A DNA stretch of 64,000 bases from Narcine bancroftii (lineage: Eukaryota). A model generated the notes under the pieces. That model was not told the origin of the DNA and did no database searches. It was given only the letters and a program-made list of their open reading frames with translations. Positions within the stretch are counted from its first letter, which is position 1. Every line of letters starts with the position of its first letter. Location: assembly GCF_036971445.1 (NCBI RefSeq), contig NC_091473.1:232810001-232874000 (forward strand), in the 5' to 3' direction. Of the stretch, positions 26,641 to 41,500 are shown in pieces. Both the position numbers and the translations under genes were made by a program.

Positions 26641-27806
26641 GTTTCTCCTTTTACTTGGAAATAGCAAGCACAGCAAATATTACATTAATCACAATTTTAA
26701 ACAGGAGCTTTCAGTTCTGAGTTTGCTATTTTATGCACTCATTAACAATAAATGAAAGCTAATTTAGCTCTCAACCATATATTTATATTTCTTAAAATGT
26801 GTGCAAACGCAATACTGCAGGTTTGAGTTTGATTATAATTATCGAGATCACAGTTGCATACATGAGAATTAATGAGACAGCGGCCATCAACTGTACAATT
26901 GTAAAATTTCAAAGCTTGGGGATTCTTAAATTATAGCTTTCTTCTCAACTGACAATATACACCATGTAGCATATCCAAAGTAATGGAAAAACTTGAAAAT
27001 CAAGATTCAAGATTTAATTTATTGTCATTGTAATAAACTTGTCTTATTACATGAATTTGCCTTTGCCTGCTGTAAGGCAGACTGATGTGCTATAGGCAGA
27101 AATTGCCTGAATTTATCTTATTTATGGTGATTAGACTGCAGGAATGTAACGGTACAGTCAAGGAATTTTGCCGCTACAGGGGCCATCTAAAAAGGAATGT
27201 GCAGGAATTTTGAGTCAATTCCTGCACCACGATTAATCCTGCAGGACCCTACATGTTTTGGAGGTAGCCTGCAGTGTAAATCATACCGGAAAAATTCATT
27301 GACGGTCATCCACTCTACTGCACGTCCAACCACTGGGCCTGTTGCATCCAGGCGCTTGCAGTCTAAAAAAGGCACCACATGGACAGTAAATGTGTTAATT
27401 TTTCCACAATTTTTCTGCCATTGCAGTCTAAAAACCACACAGGCAGAGAACGAAGCAAAACAGCGTTCCCCCCCCCCCACCCCCCCCCCCCCCCAGACTC
27501 ACCAAGTATTGAAGATTTGCCTCAGCAGCCACACAGTATCCAGTTCAAACCACTGGCAACCTGAGCTCAAGATCCGAATCTCCGACATGGTCAGGAACCC
27601 TTCAGCGCCTGTGGCAGCCCCTCTCATCCCAGTTCCGATACCTGGTACCCCTTCAGCCAATTTTGAACTAGTCTCCAGCAGTCCACTGCCCGGTGCCAGT
27701 CTCCTGACAGCAGTCTCCAGCAGTCCACTGTCTCCATGGGTTCCTTGCCTTGAATCATTGGCGGCCCCCATGCATCGGTCCCCCAACCGCGGAGCCCCCT
27801 CACTGG

Positions 27807-28150
27807 TGTGACAGATTATGTTGTGTTTGTATTGTATATAGATATGTTGTTTGGGAGATAAATTGGGGCAGGCCTTTTAGTGTAGGTCACATGCAAACAC
27901 TTTAAAACAGATCTTATCTAAAATACTGGAGCTCTGCTCATGCTAGACATTCCGGCTCCAAGAGGATTTGCAAAAGCTTTGGAGAGTACCCAAGAGACAT
28001 CACTAATGGGTCGTTGTTTAAAAAAAGGCAATAGTTGAAAGAACTCATCGGAGCCACAGGCTGTCTGGAGTGTAACTTGCTGTTTTAAGAGGGTCATGTG
28101 GTTTTGCAAACAGAGAGAGTTAAGCAGGCTTTTTCCTTTGAGAGAGAGAG

Positions 28151-28187
<37 letters not shown>

Positions 28188-29251
28188 CAGTTTTACAGTC
28201 AGGAGCACCAGCCCAGTGCCAGGACAAGCTGGCAAGCTTGTGGACAACTCCATTTGGAAGATGGGTTGTGACTGCTTAGTTCAGCTTGGTCAAAGCTTTT
28301 GCGGTTCATGCAAGAAGAGAAGACTGGCTGCCGAATGCAATGGTTCCCAACCTTTTTCTTTCCACTCACATACCACTTTAAGTATTCCTTATGCCATAGG
28401 TGCTCTGTGATTAGTAAGGGATTGTTTAAGGTGGGATGTGGGTGGAAAGAAAAAGGTTGAAAACCACTGTTGTAATCGTACCTAATTGACTCATTATGTG
28501 CACAGTTTCATAACTCCAAAGGAAATGGGCCATTTACAATTTTTCTCAAACAAAATATTTCAGTAACAATTGGATCTAGAGCAGTGGTTCTCTACCTTCC
28601 CTTCCCACTCACAGAGCACCTTAAGCAATCCTTTATTAATCACAGAGTACTAATGGTATAGGGATTACTTAAAGTGGGATGTGAGTGGAAAGAAAAAGGT
28701 TGGGAACCACTGGCCTAATGTTTCATTTGAAATAAGAGAAACTAAAATGAATTCTGTGGTGACCTGAAAGAAAGCGGTTATCATCTGGAGAACCCTGAGG
28801 GGGCAAGTTTCTTCAGCAAGACACAGAAGTGGCTGATTAAAAGGAATCAGTTGTGGGTATCCAGCGAACAACAAATACTTCTCTGAAAACAGACAAGAAC
28901 CTTCCTGAGTGGTAACCATTTACCTTTCAAACACCAAAGCCTGGTGAACTTCATAAATGTTAAATTCTGTGCACAGTATAAGAATTACCTGCAACCAGTG
29001 AACTTGGAGGAATGAGAAATGAGATTGAACTGTGAATCAAATAACTTTTCTGAACTTACATACACATTACATACACATACGCTTAGAATTAGAAGGGGAT
29101 TAATTTAGGTTAGTTAAGTTAATAGTGATATGATAAAGTTTGGTCCTGTTTCATGTTTAAAGATAATTAAAAGCAACTTTTGTTTAAGTAGCCATTTGTC
29201 TTGGTGAATATCTATTGCTGCTGAGTTTTTGGGTCCTCTGGGCTCATAACA
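27807..29251 (+). mobile_element. Long solo LTR in the putative first tnni1 intron
   Basis: TGTGACA...CATAACA ends with 4-bp TSD CTGG; contains (GA)n 28140-28181 and a MITE; interrupts an older repeat (27001-29500). Confidence 0.75.
28338..28712. mobile_element. hAT-type MITE
   Basis: Long TIRs CA(A/G)TGGTTCCCAACCTTTTTCTTTCCACTCACA; 8-bp TSD GCCGAATG/GCCTAATG. Confidence 0.85.
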
Positions 29252-32200
29252 CTGGTCCACTGTTGTGGTCACCGTCTCCTTCTCAGATGGGGATGGTCTC
29301 CCCATTTTCTGGTGCCCTGCACCAGTTCTCCACTCCCCTTGTGGCTGCTGTAGATTTTAAATGAAATTCCCGTCGGATCCTTTAACGGGCTGTTCAAAGC
29401 CTGTGCAGAACTGATGACAGTTGACTGGGTGGTTGGACCCCGCCGGAATGCTGTATCTCCGCTCCTCGCGGGTCTGCACCAGCGGCAGCTCTGCAGTTAA
29501 CGCGACTCTGGCATACTTACTTCATATAGAGTTAGCACACTGATATCCAATTGGATCATTCAAGCCAAGTTATTTTTTTTTTCTTTTTCTCATGCAGGTA
29601 TGCTGGCATGTAAGAATTTTGATGCATATAAACAATATGAAATGGATATGATAATAAACATTATCACTACCAATAATATAATCAATGTTATTCATATTAT
29701 TACTTTAGACTTGTATTTATTTTCAATATTAAAATAATTTATGTTTCTTACCAATGAAACATTTTGAGCCATAAGCTATTACTTTTTCATACATCTTGTA
29801 TATTTGAGGGAAAACGTTGGACTGGCCATGATAGGCAAGATCGCGAATTTGGGCTTATGGAAGTTTGGACGGTGGCAATGGGAGGGAGGAAGGGGTCTAG
29901 TGGGGTGTAGTAATAAGAAGACCACTAGTTTGGATGATTATGGTGGGGTGATGGGCAGAATGAGAAAATGGGCATTGGAGTAATCAATGGATCAGTGGTT
30001 TTGATTTTGGGTGTTAGTAAATGCTTGGATGGCATTTGGGGCACCTTAATGCCCTTGGAGCATGCATATCTTGTGTAGTGACTGACACATGGGTGATCAC
30101 ATTGTTGGTGATTTGGGAGTGAGCTTAAAGAGTGTGGGAGCAGAACAAGGTGTGTCTGAATGGGTTGGTGCAAAGAATAAAAGGTATTTGACTTACCAGC
30201 TCAATCCTGTGGTAGTAATACCAGGATGACTAATGATCCGTTGTCCCCAGGTCAATATGTTTTAAGTGCCCCTAGACATTAAAAGGAAAGCACATTATAT
30301 ACATGCCCTCTCATAGCTTTGGAATACTTTTTGGTTTTGTTTCCAATAAGGTGAAAACTTGAAATATATTTGTCCCTGGACCTAAAGGATTAGTAGCATT
30401 TGCAACTTGACAATGTTTCATGTTTAAATTCTTAAATGAAGTAAATCTAATCTCACCTTGCATTGTTTTTAGCCATGTCATTTATAAACTCATGGACATA
30501 GATAAGAATGTCCAACAATCTGGATTAATTTTTAGCCTGATCTCAAAACTGCATTGTGGACAATAACTCACTGGTTTTTGAGAACAGAAAGAAGCCACTG
30601 GAAACACTCAATGGAACACTGATGGAAAGAGATACACCCTCAAACGTTAAATCATTTTCTCTTTCCACAGACGCTACCTGATTTCAGAATCTATGGTTCA
30701 TTTTTTAAATTTCCTAATGATTCATTGAATTTGATTGAGTCTGGTAAACCCCAAAAACTTAAAGATATCTCAAATTTGAGATGAGTTGCAGACTGAAATC
30801 CAAGGTCAATCTGACTGATTTTGAGTTTTGCTGAACAATTTGAATCTGAGTTGTCTAGAAATGTGGAATTTATTACTCCAAATTCTGTTTATATAAATAA
30901 TTAGATTCCATCTTAAATTCTATATTTTTCACAGCTATGGTCAACCTGAAAATGAAGTGTCAGTCCATTTTTCATTCAGAATTTGTACAGGTTGCAAGCA
31001 TTTCATCTTTGATTATTCCTTAAATTAGTGAGACACTTCTTTTGAACTGCTGCTGTCCTACAGTTGATTGTATATGCACGGTACTGTTAACTATGAACTT
31101 CAAAAACCAAACTTGAGGATGGCAATGCTCCCATGCAGCTGCTAACTTTGTTCTGGGTGAAAAAGATCACAAATTTGGGAAATGATGTTGAAGAAACCTT
31201 GTTGTCTTGTTGGGGTTTCTTTCTTTGTTTCAGAAATGACATTTCTAAGCTCTTCTGTTTTTCTCACAGTCTCCTAATTGTGGTCATCTCTGGACAATCC
31301 CAGGAACTTTTCAAATACCTTGTTGGAAAATAACTATCATTTTATAAATATATGACAAATGATTGGCACCCTGTGAGGGCAGCTCGTTTTTAATGTAAAT
31401 CTGGCAGAATAATTTAGTTCTCCTGGTTCTGCATCACTAACAATGATGACAGACTGGTCTCTTGCCTGTACTTGCACTGCAATGGTGCCAAGAATTTGAA
31501 GCTGAGCACCAAACTGTTCTGAATACTGACACCTTCGAAATAGAAGCATTCATTTTCTCTCCGGTGACACCATCACATTTCTTACAGTTTTGTCCCATGA
31601 ATTGTTCTCAGACAGTTTAAAATCTCTATATTAATTATATTATGTTGTAATATCTCAATAACTATAATTCTGTTTGCTTTTTGTATGCAATAAAAAGATG
31701 CAATTTGTGATGTCTGTTATTAAAATATTTAATGTTTTCAAAAAATAATCCTCTGCAATTCTATCAATAGTAATTAGTTCCCTCTCTGTTTTTACAATTT
31801 TCTCCTATTCTCTTTTCATTTCTTTGATAAAACTATTTGCTCTTGTTATTCTTCATCTCAATTATTTCACTCATTCTTGCTTGCTTTGAAAAGATAACCA
31901 CAAGAATAAGCCCTCTAGTCTGAAGACTTCCCCTCTATCAAATGGTATCACATCTGATAAGCTCCATACATCCCCATTGGCTCAACATTATTTCACGTTG
32001 CAGTTTGTCTATGATTTATTGGTAGCTATACTAAATCAGATTGTTGAATGACACAATATAAATATACTTCCTGCAAATCTTTCAGCACCTTCTGTTAGTT
32101 GCTGAATAATACAAGGAGATTTAATTGTCACACAGTGATGATCTAGACTTTTCTTTAATAATGTTCATCTTCTGATGAATTTTTATATTTGAAAATCTCA

Positions 32201-32497
32201 GGGTCTCTACAGACTTCTATTCATAATAATCGTACGAAGTCTGGTTGACAATGCTAGAGAAAAACCGTGTCAAAAAAAGAACGTGTTCAGTATTTAGATC
32301 TGCTTTGTGCATTGGTGTCGCAGACACTTCAGTGACAGTTATCCCTGATCTAAAATGTAAGGTTCCAAGCCATATTAAGTATTCACAGACTTGCTTGTAT
32401 TTGCCTTTTATCAGTGTTTATTCCAACATGTGCATCACACAATTTTCAGTGAAGTTGCAACCTGGCGAGTCTTAAATTCTTTCTTTCTTAATTCCAG

Positions 32498-32524
32498 ACC
32501 TGCCATCAAAATGCCTGAAAATAT
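32498..32524 (+). CDS. tnni1: tnni1 first coding exon (5'UTR + ATG at 32511, MPEN + 2 nt)
   Basis: Pyrimidine tract + ttccag acceptor; ATGCCTGAAAATAT then gtaagt donor; MPE start as in TNNI1. Confidence 0.85.
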
Positions 32525-35500
32525 GTAAGTATAACTGAGGTAACACAATAATAAGTGATGAAAATCAAATTTTTATTACTTGCAGTAACATTTGTGTCTT
32601 TTCTCCATTTTTCATACAGTGCTGAGGTAAGGCTACTTGCTTTTTTTGAAGCCTTTCATTCATTTAATCTTTTCCTTTCCCTGCAATTTGCTGTTCCACA
32701 AAACTCACAAATTGTTACTGATCTGTTGAATGTAATTCAGATATGGAAACCTTTTGAATGCACAATAACAAAAAATAAATAAATGGACTGAATTTTTGTC
32801 AAATATGATGAATTTCTGTTTGCTGAGTTGAAAAATTTTAATAGTAAAAGGACTTGCACTTTATATTTATGATGATGTGTCTGGTAGTTTTAGTCAATCT
32901 ACCACTTAATATACATATCCTAAAACTTTTTTTTGTTTTACGATGGGTTTGTTTTGCAGAGATTGCGATATTTACAAGTATAATTATTTTCTCTTCTGTT
33001 CAGACAATGTGCATGTGTAAGATTTGTTTTTGAAAACATGGATGTTGGAAGAAAGATTTATAGTGTATTTTTGTCTGAGTTACTGATCAGAAATCATTAA
33101 CCTATCTTTTCTAATCATATTTGCATGCACATAAATTAGGAGCAGGGCTATGTCACTTTGCCCGGCAACTCTTCTCTGCTTCTTAAATTTGTTGATAATG
33201 TAATTGCAATCTGAATTCTGCATTCGCATCTATCTGCATTACCCTTTCACACCAATGCTTTCCAAATAACTGTCCACTGCTATCTTTAAGACTGCTTAAC
33301 GACTGCTTCCACAGCCTTTTGAGGAAGTTGCAAACACTCATGACAGGGCGAGGGACAAAAAAAATCTCACCCATGCATTTAATGAATGACATCCAATTCT
33401 TGTCACCATGTCACCGTTCAGTGTTTATGAAAAATGAATCATTCATCCTGTCAAGACTCCCAGGAACCTATATATTTCAAAAAAAAGTCACCTCTCACTC
33501 AAGCCTAACCTGTCCAATCTTTCCTCATAAGCCAACTCGTCCCCTTCTATGTACTGGTCAGATAAATCTCTGAGCTGCTTCCAATTTGCTAAGGCCCTTC
33601 CTTCTATAAGAACACTTGTGGTGTTCTCATCAATGACCTGTACAAAAGAAGTATAACATGCCTATTTTTGTAATCATTTCCCTTACAAATAATGTTCTGT
33701 TGACTTTGATTTACAGGACCTGCATGTCAGTTTGTTGTGAATTATGCTCAAGGATACCTGAATCACTTTGTATTTCATAGCTCTGCATCTTTAAATAATA
33801 TTTTTATGCTACTTTCAGAATCAGAATCAGGATTTATTGTCATGAACAAGTCATGAAATATGGTGTTTTGTGGCAGCGTCACGGTGCAAACATTCATATT
33901 CTAACCATCTTACAACATTATAATAAATTAAAAAAAATATGAGTGCACACAAAGTAAGGCAGTGTTTAGTTCATTGATTATTCAGGAATCTGATGGCAGC
34001 AGGTAAGAACCTGTCCTTTTGTCATTGAGGGCTCGTCTTTAGGCTCCTGTACCTCCTTCCTGATGGTAGCAGAGCTAATAGGGCGTGGCCTGGTTGGTGG
34101 GGATCTTTGAGGATAGAGGCAGCTTTTTTAAGACACCATCTCATGTCGATGTCCTCAATGGAATGAAGTCTGGTGCCTGTGATGTCTCAGGCCAAGTTAA
34201 CAACCTTCTGGAGTTTATTCTTGTCCTGAGAATTGGTGCCCCCATAACAGGCAGTGATGCAACCAGCTTCTCTGCTCTCCATGGTTCACCTGCAGAAGTT
34301 TTTAAGAGTTTTCAGTGACATGCCGAATCTCCTCCGACACCTCACAAGCTATTGCCGCTGGTGAGCCTTCTCCATGATTGCATCAACAAGGAGGCTCCAG
34401 GACAGCAAATCTAAGGAGGAAATATCAAAAATAAATGTTACAAGTTACTTCAAATAAATTAATGTGGAAATGACGAGAGAATATAATGAAAGTCCTTTAG
34501 TAAGTCTAATAAGCATTCAGTAGCAATCAACTTACAAATTAACGTTCATTTCAATATCTCCTCAGAGGAAATCAAAGATTTCAGCATCTCGCAAGCTCAT
34601 GCTTAAGGTAAGCTTGTATCAATGTGAATGTTTTAATTTGATTTATCCACTGTTTGACTTCAGCAACTTTCACACAGAGTTACTTGTCTTCATTAAGCTT
34701 CATTTGGTGAGGTAATGGCTATACTCCAAAGAGTGAGCTTCTCTACCATCTGCATCTTGTCTCAGTTGAAGAACTTGTACTGCTACGAATTCTTCTCCTT
34801 AAACCTGCTTTTTTTTTGTGGCTTTCATTGATAAGGACGTGCACTGATTAAAGCCCGGCCGGGCGGTTAAAAACTTATTTTTTTTTTTCCATGACTATAT
34901 AGTCTTGAAAGCTTGCTTCTCAATAATGTTTATCGTTGCATGTTTAAGATCTCTTTCATGACTCAATTGATCTCAGGCTAATTTCTTTGAGAATATTTCT
35001 GAACAACTTAGATTTTAGCCAAATTTGAATTACTGGGGTTTTCAGATAACTTTATCTTTTTTTTAAAATATAGGCTTTATTTATCAGCTGTAAATTATGA
35101 GATCTCTGACAGCGACTATGACTTCTAATGTCCTTGACATTTGCTTAAGTGCCTACTTTAACAGTGACACCAACTCTACTATCAGCTATCAGAACTTACC
35201 ATGTGTTATAGAACAAATATAACTCTAGTTACATTCACGCTCAAACAGCATTACTCTAATAAAAGTAATACATTTTAAGCTTATGTTTTCTCTCAGAGAA
35301 TATAGTCCTTGCCTACAGTCAATCATTCTTTTTTTTTAAACTGGACTAATTATTAAGGTAAGTATTTAATGTTCAAGGCGTGGGAGGTAATGAGAAAACG
35401 TGTTGGCTCTCTAGAGCATGCTGCTGGCAAGAGCTAAAGAAGAATTGGAAGAAGAAATGATGGAAAGAAGTGAGGAAAAAGAAAGATTTCTTGGAGAGCG

Positions 35501-38500
35501 GGTCCCACCCGTAAGGATGGCAGGACTGCCCTTCAGCCAGCTACAGGTACATTTTTTTTAAATTTTAAAATATAATGAGGTTTTATTTCTTAATGTGACT
35601 CCCTGATGTGATATATTCGTGATCAAAACAGAAACTGCAAAGACTCCATCAAGAGAAGCAGACAGGAAAATGGGGATTCAGTTTCAGTGTGCCTGAACAA
35701 GCCGGATAAAGATATTTTTATGCCATCGTCACCTGCATTCCTAAATTTTATTTCTCATCACAGCCATTATTTTTTTATTTTTCACATTATGAACCATATT
35801 GACCAAAATGCACACAAACCTTTCCCTCTTGAATATACACAATGTCATTTTCTCCCTTCCCCCCCTTCCCTCCCTCCTTCCCATCCCCTCCCCACCCACT
35901 AAACATTCAACATATGCGACATGTTAAACCCATTAAACAATGTCATCACACATTGAAAATAAACAAGAAAATTGTGTCATCTACTTTTACACACTTGTCT
36001 GGGTTATTATTACTAGATTTCAGTTCATTTCGTCTTCTTCTCATTCTGTCATTTTAAGGGGTGGAGGTCCGCAGCTGGAATTCTCTGTTGTGTTCCAAGT
36101 ACGGTTCCCAAATTTGTTCGAATACTGTGATACTATTTCTTAAATTATATGTTATTTTTTCCAATGGAATACATTTATTCATTTCTATGTACCATTGCTG
36201 TATTCTCAGTCTATCTTCTGATTTCCAGGTTGACATTATACATTTTTTTGCTATAGCTAAGGCTATCATAATAAATCTTTTTTGTGCTCCATCCAAATCG
36301 AGGTCAAGTTCTTTACTTCTTATATTACTTAGAAGAAAGATCTCTGGATTTTTTGGTATGTTGTTTTTTGTGATTTTATTTAATACCTGATTTAGATCTT
36401 CCCAAAACTTTTCCACTTTCTCACATGCCCAAATCACAGCCATTATTGACCAAGAAATAACTTTTATGCCTCCCTTTCTTAAGACTCTTCTTTTCCTTTT
36501 CATCAAACCTTAAGATATCTTTTGTCATTCTTCTTGATACCTCCTCCACTCCCTGTCATAATCAGCCTCTCAAGATGTTGCAAAACTTATTTCTGCTAAG
36601 ACGTAAAATGACTGCATATCATTGAGCTCAAACACGACACCAAAATCAAAATCTATTTTAAATCACAGTGAGGTTACCATAGGAATTGAATGTAAGAGCA
36701 GGGAGATTCTGCTGCAAATGTACAGGGAACTGGAGAGGCCCCATCTGGAGAACTATGTGCAGTTCTGGTCTCCTTAATTGAGAAAAAGATCGACTGGCTT
36801 TGGAGGCAGTGCAAGGGAGTTTCAAATCAAGTGGAATTAAGAGGGTTTTCATATGAGAAGAAATTGAGTAGTCTAGAGTTTAGAAGGATGAAGGGATATC
36901 TTATGGAGATATATAAAATATGAAAGGAATAAATAAGCATGGAGGTCGTGGTCTGACAGGTTAGACTAGAACTTGGCGACGTAGCATCAAGACTAAGGGG
37001 AAGTTGATTTAAGTCTGAAATAAGAAGGAGCGGCTTCTGCCAGAGAGCAGTGAATCTCTGGAATTCTCTGCCTGAGAAAGAAGCAGATGTTGCCTCATTG
37101 AATAATGAACCTTGTGAGGCCCTGCGATTACTTTCAAAATTCACTCTATTTACTGGTAATTTTTTTTAGAAACAACACATCAGCAAACACCATCATGAAA
37201 AAAAAAAATTAAGAATACACCAAAAATTGAGTTGATTTCATGTTGTTTCCATTAGTACATATTGTCACCAATACTAAGCAGCGGATTGTTGACTTCAGGA
37301 AGGGAAAGCCAGAGGTATACAATTGACTGATCAGAATGGAAAGGGTGAGCTAATTTAAGTTCTTAGGAGTTACTACCTTGGAGGATCTTTCCTGGACCCA
37401 AGCCACTAATGGTATCATGAAGAAAGCACATTAGCACCTCTACTTCTTCAGGAGTTTGCGGAGATTTGGTATGACACCAGAAACCCTGGCAAATTTCTAC
37501 ATGTGTGTGATGGAAAGTGCACTGACTGGCTCCATCATGGTCTGGTATGGGGACACCAATACCCCTCAGCGTAAAGTCCTCCAAAAGGTAATGGAAACAG
37601 CCCAGGATATCACAAACAAAACCTTTCCCACTTCCAAGAACATCTACAGGGAACTCTGCTGTTGGTGAGCAGCAACAATCATCAAAGATCCTCACCACCT
37701 CATCAAGGATCCACACCACCCAGCACACACTCTGTTCTCTGCCACCAGGAAAGAGGAATAAGTACCACAAGACTCACACCCAGTAGGTTCAGGAGTAGCT
37801 GCTACTCCTCCTCCATCAGAGTCCTCAATGACAAACTCTATCAGGGCCTCATTTAAAGTCTCTAACTTTTGCATTTTTTTAATTTTTAAATTGCAGTCAG
37901 TTTGTTTACATTTATTATACGTTTACACTTCTTTACTTGTTTACATGAATACACTCTGTACAGTCTTTTTGCACTACCAATAAGTGGTAATTCTGCCTCG
38001 TCCGCAGGAAAAAGAATCTCAGGGTTCTATGTGATGTCATGTATGTATTCTGACAATAAATCTGAAATCTGAAATCTAGTAATAATAACCCAGACAAGTG
38101 GTAAGCCACAGATTAACTCAAATGTGCTCGTACAGTGGTAAATATTCCCACATTAATTAAAGGTTTTGATAAATGAAAAGATAAACCAATCAGTTAAAAG
38201 TTTAATGGATTAAATAATTTAAAATTTTATATTTGCTTTTATATTTTGCTGCAAAACCAACATCAAAAACATCAACATTTTAGGAACTGTGCCGTGAACT
38301 TCATGACAAAGTACATATCGTGGATGAAGAGCGATATGATATTGAAGCTAAAGTACAACATAACAAGAGAGAGGTATGTAGAGTCACAGAGTAATAGAGA
38401 GTATGTAATTAGAGGTGGATTGGTTTCTCCTCCCTCACACAGAGTATACCATTACAATTTTCTCTTTAGAGGCACTGAAGAAGTCTTTGAACAAAGAGGA

Positions 38501-41500
38501 ATGAATTGCCATTTTAAGCTCTTAAATTGTATTATTTTTGGTCACTGAGAATTTTTAAAATATTTTTGATAATTTTTAGACATACAGCAAGATGACAGGC
38601 CCTTCCACAATTTACACCCCATTGACCTACAATCTCCCGGTATGTTTTGATTCGTGGGAGGAAACCAGCGCCACCAGGGAAAGCCCAAGCAGACATAGGG
38701 AGAATGTACAAACTCCTTACTGACACCGCAGGGTTTCCAAAAGTTTTATTTATTCTTTTTTTTTGGATTGCTGGCGAGAAGCATTTTTTTTGCCCATCTG
38801 TTGAGAAAGTGACCTACCTTTTTTAATCTGCTGCAAGACCTTTTGGTGAAGGTACTCCCACAGGGCTGTTGGGAAGAAAGCTTCAAGACTTAGAAACTGT
38901 GAAGAAATAGCAACATCCTTGCAAGTCAAAATGCTGCATGTCTCAGAAGAGAATATGCAGATGGTGGTATCCCGTGACACTTACTGAACTTTTCCTTTTT
39001 GATAGAACAGGTTTCAGATAGAGGAAATATTTACAGAGTAGCGTAGGCGAGTACCCACAGTACTTTTTGTAAATAGTGCCCCTCTTTGGTCCACCTACAG
39101 CCCACTAATTTTTCCCTCTCTCATCTTTGATACTGCCCACTTTCCTTCTCCTTTCTCACTCCTGAGGGTGACCTGAAACATTGACTGTACACTTTCCTCC
39201 ATGGGTGCTGCCTGACATTTCTCCAGCCATTCGGTTTATTTTTGCTTTACCCTTTCATGTTTTCCAGATGATCTTGTCTGATTCAATAGTGTCGCCGTTG
39301 ATACTTTTAAACTCCAATTAAAATAGATTTAATTCTTTTTGCTTTGCATAATACTGAAAAGAAATTGTTAGAATAAATACTTTTTTGTGATCATTTAGGA
39401 GAGTGTGTCATGCACTGAGAATTGACGTGTGACTTTAAGGATTTTACCTCAATAAGCATCATGCCATTTGGTTGGATGCTTGCATAATTGCAACAATTGC
39501 CAGAGAGGCTTGTTGAACCAGTCTGGGGAGTACTTGAAGGATGTAGTTACAGTTGTGCCTGCAGTACTGTGAGATTATTCAGTTCCTGTCCAAAGGTTGC
39601 ACAAAGAAATCAAAGGCAACAGAGTCTGAAATAAAAAATGCGAACTGACCTCCCTTAAACACAAGACATAGATGTATTTTACATCTGTATTATCCACATT
39701 TCAGGCTGCAATATTCCTGTTCTTACCTCCTTAGTGACCTCTGATCATGCCTTCTTGTTGACAGCAGCAGGTTGTTACAGAAGACGCAGCTGTCCTTTCT
39801 GTTCATGAGCTAAACATCAAATGAAGTGCCATTGAAAACTTTTTTTAAATGTTCCTAATTCCTCAGTACAACATCTTCAAATGAGCTCTTTCAAAATGTC
39901 AAGTTGCTGTTATATTATGCAAACGCATGCTCTTGTACACTGGAGATGCAGAACCAAGAGATTATTATGACATCAAGTTTGCAATCAGACATTTTGATGC
40001 ATGAGAATGAACCATCCTCCTCCTCCTCCACTCTGATTTATTCTGCATTACTATTAGGCCCATTAATTCAGTTGGTCAAACTCAAATCCTGATCGGTTTA
40101 AAAAAATCTTTACAGTCATTTTTGCTACAAAAAGAACACAGAACAGTTCAATATTCTTTTTATTGTTATGCAATATTACATGAAATTTGCTGTAGTCTAC
40201 CATAAGGAACACAAAGATTCACCATCACCAGAAATTGCTAGGCGCCCCTTGCAGTCAGAGAAAGAGAAGTGAGAGTCCCCTCAGAGTCACTGATTGACCA
40301 TGGATTCTCCTCCTGCGCTCCCACAGCCTCCGCTGACACACAGATTTTAGCCCAAACCATTGACAAATCCAAACAGCAGATCCAAACCTCCAAAATGGTT
40401 TGGAAGCCCTCAGTGCTCTCAGCACTCTCTCTCATCTTGGTACTGATACCTGTTATACCTTTAGCCAGTCTCGAGCCAGGAAGTCCACATCCTGGTGCAA
40501 TCCCTTGACCACAGTCACCAGCAGTCCGCAGCCTGTGTGTGTTCTATGCGTCGAGTCCCCAATAGCCCATCAATAGCCCTCGATAGCTCAGGATCAGGCC
40601 CACGATACCAATCTATATTTATGGAAAGCAATTATTATGTCACCAACTAGTTCAGCGACTGATGAAGCATGCATTTTTGTCTGGTTTTACTCCCCTGCTT
40701 CTCTGTCTACTTTTAAGATTCAGGACCTGACTCTGAAAGTTTTAGATCTCAGAGGAAAGTTTAAACGGCCAACCCTTCGTCGGGTTCGTGTCTCCGCTGA
40801 TGCGATGTTGAGGGCTTTGCTGGGATCCAAGCACAAAGTATCAATGGATCTCAGAGCCAACCTGAAATCCGTCAAAAAGGAAGATTCAGAAAAGGTATGA
40901 AAGCAATCTGCAACCAAAAAAAATTCTGTCTATCCATTCAACAAGAAAATGGCTATTTCAAGGGCAATTTAGCAGGTTATGGGTAACTGAAACATATCTA
41001 CCCTTTTATAACCTCCCATGATTGAATACAGTACATTGATAATGTTTACAAATACTCTGCTCCAAATTAGAAAGCCATTTACTATGGGAACCTTTAAGAG
41101 TTATACGAGAACCTAAATTCCAATCTGTTGTTACAGTAATGTGATGTTTAGTTCACTGGTAAATATATGACAAATGTTGAAATGTAAACAATTACAAATG
41201 ACAGTTAAAAATCTTATTCTAGTATCAGTATTTATTTTTTTATTGCTGAAATCAGGTTTTTATTGGCATACTGTAAACAAGATCATCATATATCCTTTCT
41301 GATAATATAATTGAATCTTAAAATTAATCTGTAATCAAAAAACTATTTAACTCTCAGTGACCAAACTTCAGAATAACTTGATTAGATGTAAAAATGCTTT
41401 AGGATGACCTGCGGTTGTGAAAAGTGCTTTAGAAATGCAAGTGTTTCTTTTTTGCATCCATTTTATTCTGCTTTTAACCCTGAGATTGCATGTTAGAGTA

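Noticed and set aside
27197-27811. 204-aa ORF as a host gene
   Set aside because: Crosses repeat junctions and a poly-C tract; no recognisable domain.
33004-33016. Second microexon or N-terminal extension exon
   Set aside because: Acceptor-like site present, but the possible lengths (11 or 13 nt) break the frame.
35297-35363. Extra tnni1 exon with consensus donor AAG|gtaagt at 35358
   Set aside because: Both candidate acceptors give in-frame stops and the downstream intron would be only 57 nt; at most a cryptic site.
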